The notes beneath the pieces are model-generated. The model was not told the origin of the DNA. It did no database searches and saw nothing but the letters and a program-made list of their open reading frames with translations. Below are positions 21,580 through 29,372 of a stretch of DNA of 64,000 nt, in pieces. The translations under genes and the position numbers were made by a program. The stretch lies in contig CAXXKJ010000002.1 of the NCBI GenBank assembly GCA_963675295.2, positions 2,944,001-3,008,000 of the forward strand. The letters run 5' to 3'. Positions within the stretch are counted from its first letter, which is position 1; each line of letters starts with the position of its first letter. The stretch is from a bacterium. GTDB lineage: Bacteria > Electryoneota > Electryoneia > Electryoneales > Electryoneaceae.

Positions 21580-22560
21580 ATGCCTAAGCTTACGATGGTC
21601 CAGGCGATCAACCTCGCCTTGCACCAGGAGATGGAAAAAGATGAGTCCGTGCTCGTGATGGGGCAGGACATTGGCAAGAATGGCGGCGTGTTCCGTCTGA
21701 CCGACGGCCTGCAGGACAAGTTCGGCGAGGATCGCGCCATCGATACGCCGTTGGCGGAATCCGCAATTATCGGATCCGCGATCGGTATGGCGATCAACGG
21801 CTTGAAGCCGGTCGCCGAAATTCAGTTCTCGGGGTTCAGCTACCTGACACTGGGTCAGCTGGAAGGCAATGCTGGTCGTTTCCGAAACCGTACCCTCGGC
21901 AAGTTCACCGTGCCGCTGGTGCTGCGGATGCCGTTCGGCGGTGGCGTGCGTGCGCTCGAGCATCATAGCGAGAGCAAGGAAACGTATTACGCGCACACAC
22001 CCGGCGTAAAAACCGTCATCCCCTCCACCCCGCAGACCGCGTATCGTCTGCTGCTCGGCGCGATCCGTGACCCCGACCCGGTCGTGTTCATGGAGCCGAA
22101 GCACTCGTACCGTGCGTTCAAGGAAGAGTTTGAGGCGGACGGCGAGGCGATGGAACTGGGCAAGGCGCGAATCGTGCAGGAAGGGAACGACATCACCGTC
22201 ATTTCCTGGGGCGCGATGCTGCACCGCACGGAAAAGGTGGTCGAAAATGTAGTCGACAAGCACGGCGTCAGCATTGAGCTGATCGACCTGCAGACGATTG
22301 CCCCGATGGATGCGCAGACGATCGCCGAATCGGTGAAGAAAACCGGACGCGCGGTGGTCGTGCAGGAAGCGCAGAAGACATTGGGCCCGGCGTCCGAGAT
22401 TATCTCGCTGATCAACGATCACGCGTTGATGTACCTCGAGGCCCCGGTCAAGCGTGTCGCCGGGTACGACATCGTGATGCCCTACTTCGCCCGTGAAAAC
22501 AACCAGATTCCGTCCGAGGATCGTATCCGTGACGGCATTGAAGAAACCCTCGCGTTCTAA
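21580..22560 (+). CDS. pdhB: 2-oxoacid (pyruvate) dehydrogenase E1 beta
   Basis: GGVFR.T.GL, DTPLAES, PVAEIQF, GGGVRALEHHSES, DPDPVVFMEPK. Confidence 0.92.
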   Translation: MPKLTMVQAINLALHQEMEKDESVLVMGQDIGKNGGVFRLTDGLQDKFGEDRAIDTPLAESAIIGSAIGMAINGLKPVAEIQFSGFSYLTLGQLEGNAGRFRNRTLGKFTVPLVLRMPFGGGVRALEHHSESKETYYAHTPGVKTVIPSTPQTAYRLLLGAIRDPDPVVFMEPKHSYRAFKEEFEADGEAMELGKARIVQEGNDITVISWGAMLHRTEKVVENVVDKHGVSIELIDLQTIAPMDAQTIAESVKKTGRAVVVQEAQKTLGPASEIISLINDHALMYLEAPVKRVAGYDIVMPYFARENNQIPSEDRIRDGIEETLAF

Positions 22561-22571
22561 GGGAGGCATAC

Positions 22572-23930
22572 GTGTTCGAATTCAAATTGCCTGACCTCGG
22601 GGAAGGCATCGCCGAGGGTGAACTTCTCAAGTGGTACGTTGACGAAGGCGGCACCATCGCCGAAGACGCCGACCTGATGGACGTGGAAACGGACAAGGCG
22701 GCGGTGACCATCCCTTCCCCTGTTTCGGGTAAGGTGGTCAAGCTGAACGGCAAGGTCGGCGACATTCTCAACGTCGGCGACGTGGTCGTCGTGATTGACG
22801 ACGGGTCGGGCGGCGCAGTCGCTTCCGCTCCCGAACCGGCAAAGGCGGAAGAAACCGCTCCGGCCGCGCAACCTGCGGCTGTGGCACCTGCGACTCCGGC
22901 TCAACCGGCGTCCGCTCCGGTCGCAGCGCAGGCTCCGGCGGATCGTAAGCCGGGACGTCCTGTTCCGGCCGCTCCTGCGACACGACGTGTCGCACGTGAG
23001 CTGGGCGTGGACATCAACCTTGTGCCGGGCACCGGTCCGGGAGGACGTGTGACGCAGGACGACGTTCAGGCCTTCGCCAAGGGCGGAGCTCCGGCGGCGT
23101 CTGGCACGAAGTCGGCCAGTGCCGCGTCTGACACGTCCGAAGCCGCGACCGAGCGTGTCGAGTTTGGCGAAACGGGCGGAATTCCGTTCTACGAGCTGGA
23201 AACGTTGCCCGATTTCGAGACTGAAGGTCCGGTGGAACGTGAGCAGATTCGTTCCATCCGCCGCAAGGTGGCGAAGAAGATGGTCAGCTCGATGATCCTC
23301 GTGCCGCATGTCGCGCACATGGACGAGGCCGACGTCACCGAGCTGGAAGCCTTCCGTGCGAAGGAACGCAAGCGCCGGGAAGGCACACCGGGCGGAAAGC
23401 TGACCCTGATCCCGTTCGTCATGCGCGCGTTGGCGTCGTTGCTGAAGAAGTACCCACAGTTCAACGCCAGCCTCGATCCGCATCGCAACGAGATCGTCTA
23501 CAAGAAATACTACAACATCGGGTTCGCGGCGGATACCCCGCGCGGGCTGATGGTGCCGGTGGTCAAGGATGTCGACCGCAAGAGCATTCTGCAGGTTGGC
23601 AGCGAGATCAGCGAGCTGGCCGGACAGGCGCGTGACGGGTCAATCGAAGCCGGGAACTTGCGTCACGGCACGATCACCATCACCAATGTCGGTCCGATCG
23701 GGGGCACCGGGTTGATTCCGACGATCAACTACCCGGAAGTGGCGATTCTCGGAATGGGCCGGACGCAGGAGAAACCGGTCGTCCGGAACGGCGAGATCGT
23801 GATCCGCAAGATGCTGCCGTTGACGCTGGCGTTCGATCATCGTGTCGCGGACGGCGCCCAGGCGGCGTGCATGGTCACCGAGTTGGTGCACCTGCTCAGC
23901 GACCCGAACCAGCTGCTGCTGGAAGCGTAA
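22572..23930 (+). CDS. pdhC: Dihydrolipoamide acyltransferase E2
   Basis: Lipoyl domain VETDKA, Ala/Pro linker, E3-binding PATRRVARELG.D...V.GTG..GRV, catalytic FDHRVADGA. Confidence 0.93.
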   Translation: MFEFKLPDLGEGIAEGELLKWYVDEGGTIAEDADLMDVETDKAAVTIPSPVSGKVVKLNGKVGDILNVGDVVVVIDDGSGGAVASAPEPAKAEETAPAAQPAAVAPATPAQPASAPVAAQAPADRKPGRPVPAAPATRRVARELGVDINLVPGTGPGGRVTQDDVQAFAKGGAPAASGTKSASAASDTSEAATERVEFGETGGIPFYELETLPDFETEGPVEREQIRSIRRKVAKKMVSSMILVPHVAHMDEADVTELEAFRAKERKRREGTPGGKLTLIPFVMRALASLLKKYPQFNASLDPHRNEIVYKKYYNIGFAADTPRGLMVPVVKDVDRKSILQVGSEISELAGQARDGSIEAGNLRHGTITITNVGPIGGTGLIPTINYPEVAILGMGRTQEKPVVRNGEIVIRKMLPLTLAFDHRVADGAQAACMVTELVHLLSDPNQLLLEA

Positions 23931-23937
23931 ACCTGTC

Positions 23938-24008
23938 AGGGACACATATTCTGTATGTGTCCCTTTCATCGAGTATGTCGGGGACACTTACAGGAGTAAG
24001 TGTCCCCG
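23938..24008. repeat. Two GGGACAC/GTGTCCC palindromes between pdhC and lpdA
   Basis: AGGGACACATA-N5-TATGTGTCCCT (23938-23964) and CGGGGACACTTAC-N4-GTAAGTGTCCCCG (23979-24008). Confidence 0.9.
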
Positions 24009-24029
24009 TGAACATACGTGGAGATAGAC

Positions 24030-25448
24030 ATGGTCATCGGAGAATTGACCCAGGAGACGGATGTCCTGGTCATTGGCGCAGGACCGGGCGGGTATGTCGC
24101 CGCGATCCGTGCCGCCGACCTCGGGCTGGACGTCACCCTGATAGAAGAGCGGGACAAACTCGGCGGCGTCTGCCTGATCGAGGGCTGCATCCCGTCGAAA
24201 ACCTTGATCCACGCCGTCGAACTGATGGAGGACGTCAAGGAAGCCGACAAGTTCGGCATCTCGCATGAGAACGTCAGCCTCGACATCGACAAGTTGCGTG
24301 CGTGGACACAATCCGTGGTCGACGACCTCACCAGCGGCGTGAAAACGTTGCTCGACAAGCGCGGCGTCGACGTGGTCAAGGGCCGAGCGGTCTTCACCAG
24401 CGACAACCGCGTCCACATCGAAGGCGCGGGCAATATTGACTTCAAGCATTGCATCATCGCGACCGGTTCACGGATCAACACCTTGCCGTCCGAGTATGAT
24501 TTGCCGTTGTGGGACTCGGAAACGGCGCTGAATCTGCCGAGTATTCCGGAACGTTTGCTGGTGGTCGGCGGTGGCTATATCGGCCTTGAGATGGGCACGG
24601 TGTATTCCGGCCTCGGCTCGAAGGTGACGATGGTCGAATTCGCCGAACGCCTGCTGCTCGGCGCCGATCCGGACCTCGTCAAGCCGGTGATCCGGCGTTC
24701 GGAACAGCGGTTCGAGAAGATTCTCACCGACTCGAAGGTGGTTAAGGTCGAAGAGCACAAAGGCGGCGGGTACGACGTCACCATCGAGCATCAGGGCAAG
24801 GAAACCGTCGAAACGTTCGACCAGGTGCTGGTCGCTATCGGCCGCAAGCCGAACACCGACAATCTCGGGCTGGAGAACACCGGCGTCGAGGTCAACGAAC
24901 GCGGCTTCATCACCGTCAACGATCAGAACCGCACGACGGTCGACCACATTTTCGCCATCGGAGATGTCTGCCGCGGGCCGGCATTGGCACACAAAGCCAG
25001 CCGTGAGGCTAAGGTCGTGGCCGAGGTGATCGCAAAGCACCCGAGCGCGTTCGACAATCGCGCGGTGCCGGCTGTAGTATTCACCAACCCGGAAATCGCG
25101 TGGACCGGTATCACCGAACGGGAAGCCAAGGACGAGGGCATCGAAGTCAATGTTGGCCGCTTCCCGTTGACCGCGCTGGGCCGTGCGAAGACCATCGGCG
25201 AGACTGACGGCTTCATCAAGATGATCAGTGATCCGGTAACAAACATCGTGCTCGGTGTCGGCATTGTCGGCCCGCACGCGTCCGAGCTGATCGCGGAAGG
25301 CACGCTTGCGATTGAGATGGGCGCGACGCTCGAGGATATCGCGGCGACGATCCATCCGCACCCGACGATCTCCGAATCGATCATGGAGGCGGCGGAAGTC
25401 GCGGCGGGCGATCCAGTACATATCCTGCCAAAGAAAAAGAAGAAGTAG
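24030..25448 (+). CDS. lpdA: Dihydrolipoamide dehydrogenase E3
   Basis: GAGPGGYVAAIRAA, GGVCLIEGCIPSK, GGGYIGLE, HPHPTISE. Confidence 0.96.
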   Translation: MVIGELTQETDVLVIGAGPGGYVAAIRAADLGLDVTLIEERDKLGGVCLIEGCIPSKTLIHAVELMEDVKEADKFGISHENVSLDIDKLRAWTQSVVDDLTSGVKTLLDKRGVDVVKGRAVFTSDNRVHIEGAGNIDFKHCIIATGSRINTLPSEYDLPLWDSETALNLPSIPERLLVVGGGYIGLEMGTVYSGLGSKVTMVEFAERLLLGADPDLVKPVIRRSEQRFEKILTDSKVVKVEEHKGGGYDVTIEHQGKETVETFDQVLVAIGRKPNTDNLGLENTGVEVNERGFITVNDQNRTTVDHIFAIGDVCRGPALAHKASREAKVVAEVIAKHPSAFDNRAVPAVVFTNPEIAWTGITEREAKDEGIEVNVGRFPLTALGRAKTIGETDGFIKMISDPVTNIVLGVGIVGPHASELIAEGTLAIEMGATLEDIAATIHPHPTISESIMEAAEVAAGDPVHILPKKKKK

Positions 25449-25647
25449 GAAGTAATCAAGTACGAAGTAGAAAGAAGTACAAAGTCAAAAGTCAGCACTT
25501 TTAAGGCTACGAAAAGTTGATCGTAGCCTTTTTATTTTATTTTCTTTCATAAAATCTTAGTAACCGTTTCATAGAAACATCAAGCTAATGTCCCCGCTTT
25601 CGGTTTTGTACTCTGTACTTTGTACTTTCGACTTTGTACTTTCTTCT
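25442..25647. repeat. Inverted pair of AAGTAC(A)-type heptamer arrays flanking an AT-rich core with a terminator hairpin
   Basis: Left ...GAAGTACAAAGTCAAAAGTC and right TTTGTACTCTGTACTTTGTACTTTCGACTTTGTACTTTCTTCT. Hairpin AAGGCTACGA-N8-TCGTAGCCTT+T-run at 25503-25533. Confidence 0.75.
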
Positions 25648-25648
25648 C

Positions 25649-26302
25649 ATGAAAGACGATTCCACCTACCCCTTCCCGATCCACCGTTTCGAGGCGGACA
25701 AGGACCTGTTCGATCAGGTCCGTAAGACCGGCGATCCGGTGCTGCGGATCTATCGTCCCGATGAAACCATGGTCGTGCTCGGCCGGTCGAGCAAACCCGA
25801 TGTTGAGCTGCATGTTGATCGGATTCTGCTCGATGATGTCCCGATTTACCGGCGGCCCGGTGGCGGTTGTTCGGTCGTGCTCGATCCGGGGAATGTCGTC
25901 GTCGCGGTGGTGCTGCCCGCGCCGGGGCTGACGAAGACGAAAGAATGGTATGACCGCTGCACGTTCTGGTTGATTGACGCGTTGGCGACCATGGGGATGT
26001 CGGGTGTGCGCAAGGCGGGTATCAGTGATCTCGCAATCGGCGACCGCAAGATCGCTGGCTCGGCAGTATACCGCCAGAAGGATGTCTTCTACTACGCCGT
26101 CACCTTCCTTGTTGATCCGGACCTTGAGTTGATCCCACGCTACCTGGCCCATCCACCGATCGAACCGGACTACCGGCAGGGTCGCGAGCACCTGGACTTT
26201 GTTGTCGCCCTGCGGGATGCAACTGATCTCAACGATCCCGCAGATTTTGAACGACGGATCAGCGACGTACTCGACCTGGACGAGCTGATGGCGGAAGACT
26301 GA
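25649..26302 (+). CDS. Lipoate-protein ligase / octanoyltransferase family protein
   Basis: VVLGRS, RRPGGGCSVVLDPG, SDLAIGDRKIAGSA, YL.HP..EPDYR..R.H..FV. Follows the pdh operon. Confidence 0.85.
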   Translation: MKDDSTYPFPIHRFEADKDLFDQVRKTGDPVLRIYRPDETMVVLGRSSKPDVELHVDRILLDDVPIYRRPGGGCSVVLDPGNVVVAVVLPAPGLTKTKEWYDRCTFWLIDALATMGMSGVRKAGISDLAIGDRKIAGSAVYRQKDVFYYAVTFLVDPDLELIPRYLAHPPIEPDYRQGREHLDFVVALRDATDLNDPADFERRISDVLDLDELMAED

Positions 26303-26328
26303 TACGTTGCGACGATGTACGATATGAA

Positions 26329-26360
26329 ACGGGGACACTTTATCCTGAAAGTGTCCCCGT
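26329..26360. repeat. GGGGACACTT palindrome between convergent genes (likely also a terminator)
   Basis: ACGGGGACACTTT-atcctg-AAAGTGTCCCCGT. Confidence 0.9.
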
Positions 26361-26393
26361 CTTGATTTATCATGATGAGTACGAATCGCAGTG

Positions 26394-27467
26394 TTACCGA
26401 ATCGCCTGATCGTTGCCCTTGTCGAACAGATGCGTCCGTTTCGGATCGAAGTGGAAGATCGCTTCCTGCCCGAGGCCGTACTCAACATTCGGCGCGACCT
26501 TGGCGATGACGCGTTGCTCGTTTACACGCACATGCAGGTAGGTCTCCGCGCCGAGCGGTTCGGCCAGTTCGGTGGTGCCGTGCATCTCGCCATGCCCGTT
26601 CGTCGCCGCGCCCCACTTGAGATCCTCGGGACGGATGCCCATTACCAGCGCCTTGTTGTCACCACCCTTTTTCTGTGTGTCGGTCAACGGAAACTTCACC
26701 GCACCCGCCGTGAACGCGCCGCTATGCACCGTGCCCTCGACGAAATTCATCGTCGGCGAGCCGATGAAGCCGGCTACGAACAGGTTCACGGGATTGTTGT
26801 ACAGCTCGATCGGTTCGGCGACCTGCTGCACGAGGCCGTCCTTCATCACCACGATCTTGCTGCCCATGGTCATCGCTTCGACCTGATCATGGGTGACGTA
26901 AATGATCGTCGCGTCGAGGCGCTGGTGCAGTTCCATGATCTCGGCGCGCATGTGGTTGCGCAGCTTCGCGTCGAGGTTGGACAACGGTTCGTCGAAGAGG
27001 AACACTTTCGGCTTGCGGACAATCGCACGACCGAGCGCGACACGTTGCCGCTGTCCGCCGGACAGAGCTTTCGGTTTGCGGTCGAGGTAGCTTTGCAACT
27101 GCAGGATTTCTGCGGCTTCTTCAACGCGGGCGTTGATCTCGTCCTTCGGAAACTTGCGCAGCTTGAGGCCGAACGCCATGTTTTCGCGCACGCTCATGTG
27201 TGGATACAGCGCGTAGTTCTGAAACACCATCGCGATGTCGCGGTCTTTCGGCGCGACGTTGTTGACCACTTTGCCGTCGATGGTGATCGTGCCCTTGGTG
27301 ATGTCCTCGAGGCCTGCGATCATGCGCAGCGTGGTCGACTTGCCGCAGCCGGACGGTCCCACAAGCACGACAAATTCCTTGTCGTGAATCTCAACGTTGA
27401 CATCGTCGGCGGCGGTGACGTCGCCGTCATAGATCTTGTATACGTGTTCGAGGATGACGTCAGCCAT
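26394..27467 (-). CDS. malK: Sugar ABC transporter ATP-binding protein (MalK/MsmX/UgpC family)
   Basis: GPSGCGKST, VFQNYALYPHM, LSGGQRQR, FDEPLSNLDAKLR, YVTHDQVEAMTM, TOBE domain. Confidence 0.92.
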   Translation of the reverse strand: MADVILEHVYKIYDGDVTAADDVNVEIHDKEFVVLVGPSGCGKSTTLRMIAGLEDITKGTITIDGKVVNNVAPKDRDIAMVFQNYALYPHMSVRENMAFGLKLRKFPKDEINARVEEAAEILQLQSYLDRKPKALSGGQRQRVALGRAIVRKPKVFLFDEPLSNLDAKLRNHMRAEIMELHQRLDATIIYVTHDQVEAMTMGSKIVVMKDGLVQQVAEPIELYNNPVNLFVAGFIGSPTMNFVEGTVHSGAFTAGAVKFPLTDTQKKGGDNKALVMGIRPEDLKWGAATNGHGEMHGTTELAEPLGAETYLHVRVNEQRVIAKVAPNVEYGLGQEAIFHFDPKRTHLFDKGNDQAIR

Positions 27468-27490
27468 GTCTGTCCTTTGCCTCCAGAATG

Positions 27491-28123
27491 CTACTCGTCC
27501 AGGTACAACCCGCCGGTAGCTTCCATCCAGTCGCAGATACGGTCGCACGCGGCTGTGACATTGTCGTCTGAAATATCGATCTCGATGTGCTGCAATCTCG
27601 TCCGTCTCAGCAATTCGCGGAACTGCTCCTGCTCGTCAATGAACGGTTGCAGATCATCATACTGCGACGGTTTCCCGCTAACTTTCAATCGTTCTTCCCG
27701 TGCCGCGGCGAACGACTCCGACGCCCGCGTCAAGAGAATCAACCGGAAGTTCAGGTTGGCCAGCCGTTCCTCCAGCCAGCGGAAGTCGAGTTCACGATTC
27801 CGTTCCCGCTGCTGCACGACCATCGTTGACAGATGGAACCGGTCGATGGTCCATGAATAATACCGTTGCAGCTCAAACAGCCGTACCCAGGTCTTGTACG
27901 TCTCCAACGCCTTCGCTTCTTCGTCGGCATTGAAATTAATCAGCCCGCGTCCCCACGGATGATTCGTAAACGCGCACCATTCCCCCGAAATGATCGGCGA
28001 ATGGTAGCGGTATTTCTTTGGTCCGACGAAGCGTGGATGCTCATTCAACGCAAACGCGACATCGGTTTTATGCGTCAGGCGTGTGCCTTCCAGGATTACT
28101 TTCGGGACCAGCTTGCGGCCCAT
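27491..28123 (-). CDS. Hypothetical protein resembling NMP/dNK-kinase fold with atypical P-loop
   Basis: VILEGTRLTHKT (Walker A-like) and IDRFHLS (DR motif). Co-oriented within the operon. Confidence 0.6.
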   Translation of the reverse strand: MGRKLVPKVILEGTRLTHKTDVAFALNEHPRFVGPKKYRYHSPIISGEWCAFTNHPWGRGLINFNADEEAKALETYKTWVRLFELQRYYSWTIDRFHLSTMVVQQRERNRELDFRWLEERLANLNFRLILLTRASESFAAAREERLKVSGKPSQYDDLQPFIDEQEQFRELLRRTRLQHIEIDISDDNVTAACDRICDWMEATGGLYLDE

Positions 28124-28153
28124 GACTCATCGTCCTCAGCTGCCGTGCATCGT

Positions 28154-28498
28154 TTACCCGTTCGCGGCCTTGTCTTGCTTGTCGCGCTCGTCCAGGACTT
28201 CGTTGATCAGATCCTTCATCGCCTCGCGGTCGATCATGATCTGCGGTTCCTGGTCGCCGGGTGCGGAACGTTTTTGTCCCGCGCTGGATTGATTCGACTT
28301 CTGCACGATGCTCACGCCCGACCAGCTCACCGAAATCACCACTCCGGCAAGGATGATGACGGCTACAAACTGATGGCTTGGCGTCATCGCTGAGTTCACG
28401 ACCACATAGCCCAGCACGACCATCGAAAACGCCAGCGCCAGAGCCATGAAGATGAGTGAGTTTTTGGTCAGGTCCGTGCTGTTCGTTGGATCACCCAT
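28154..28498 (-). CDS. Small two-TM membrane protein
   Basis: Two hydrophobic helices and a charged C-terminal tail. Lies within the operon. Confidence 0.6.
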   Translation of the reverse strand: MGDPTNSTDLTKNSLIFMALALAFSMVVLGYVVVNSAMTPSHQFVAVIILAGVVISVSWSGVSIVQKSNQSSAGQKRSAPGDQEPQIMIDREAMKDLINEVLDERDKQDKAANG

Positions 28499-28529
28499 GG
28501 ATGTTTTTCCCAGTCAAATGGAACGCCGT

Positions 28530-29363
28530 TTACTCTTTCACGCCGCCGAGTGTCAACCCACCGACCAGCCAGCGGTTGGCGACGAGGAACAACGCAACCA
28601 CCGGTACCGAAACCACCAGCGCGCCGGCGGCGTACAGCCCCCACTCGGTCGACATTGACTGTTCGAACTGCTTCAATCCCAGCGGCAACGTGTACATCGT
28701 CGGATCCTGCAACACCTGCGCCGCGACAAGATACTCCGACCACGCGCTCATGAAGCTGAACAATCCGGTGATCACCAGCGCCGGAGTCACCAACGGCAGG
28801 ATCACCTTGTAAAATGCGCTGAACCGGTTGCATCCGTCCACCATCGCCGCCTCCTCCAGGGAGTACGGAATGGTGTCATAATACCCCTTCATCGTCCACA
28901 CGCAAAACGGCATCGCGGTTGCCGAGTAGACAACGATCAGGCCAAAGTACGTGTTCAGCAGGTTCATTTTGCTGATGATGATGTACATCGGCAGCAGCAG
29001 CATCGTCGCCGGGAACATCTGCGTGGTCAGGATCGACAGCATCGCGGCGGTGCGTCCGATGAATTTGTAGCGGCTGATCGCATAACCCGCCGTCGATGCC
29101 AAGGTAACACCGAGAATCGTCACCGCCAGCGAGACAAAGGTCGAGTTCCACAGCCAGCGCAGGAACGGGCGCTCGGTGAACAGTTCGACGAAGTTCGCCC
29201 ACGTCGCGCCCTCCGGGACCAACGCCAGCGAGGTGCTCAACAACTGATCGCCCGGCCGCAACGAGATGCTGAACACGCGCAGGATCGGGTAGATCGCGAT
29301 CAGCACGAAGATCAGCAGCACGGCGTAGATCAACAGTCGCTTCAGCAATGGGTCTTTTTGCAT
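28530..29363 (-). CDS. malG: Maltose/maltodextrin ABC permease
   Basis: WLWNS, AGYAISR..F.G, QMFP, KGYYDTIP.SLEEAAMVDG (EAA motif). Confidence 0.9.
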   Translation of the reverse strand: MQKDPLLKRLLIYAVLLIFVLIAIYPILRVFSISLRPGDQLLSTSLALVPEGATWANFVELFTERPFLRWLWNSTFVSLAVTILGVTLASTAGYAISRYKFIGRTAAMLSILTTQMFPATMLLLPMYIIISKMNLLNTYFGLIVVYSATAMPFCVWTMKGYYDTIPYSLEEAAMVDGCNRFSAFYKVILPLVTPALVITGLFSFMSAWSEYLVAAQVLQDPTMYTLPLGLKQFEQSMSTEWGLYAAGALVVSVPVVALFLVANRWLVGGLTLGGVKE

Positions 29364-29372
29364 GTCATTGCC

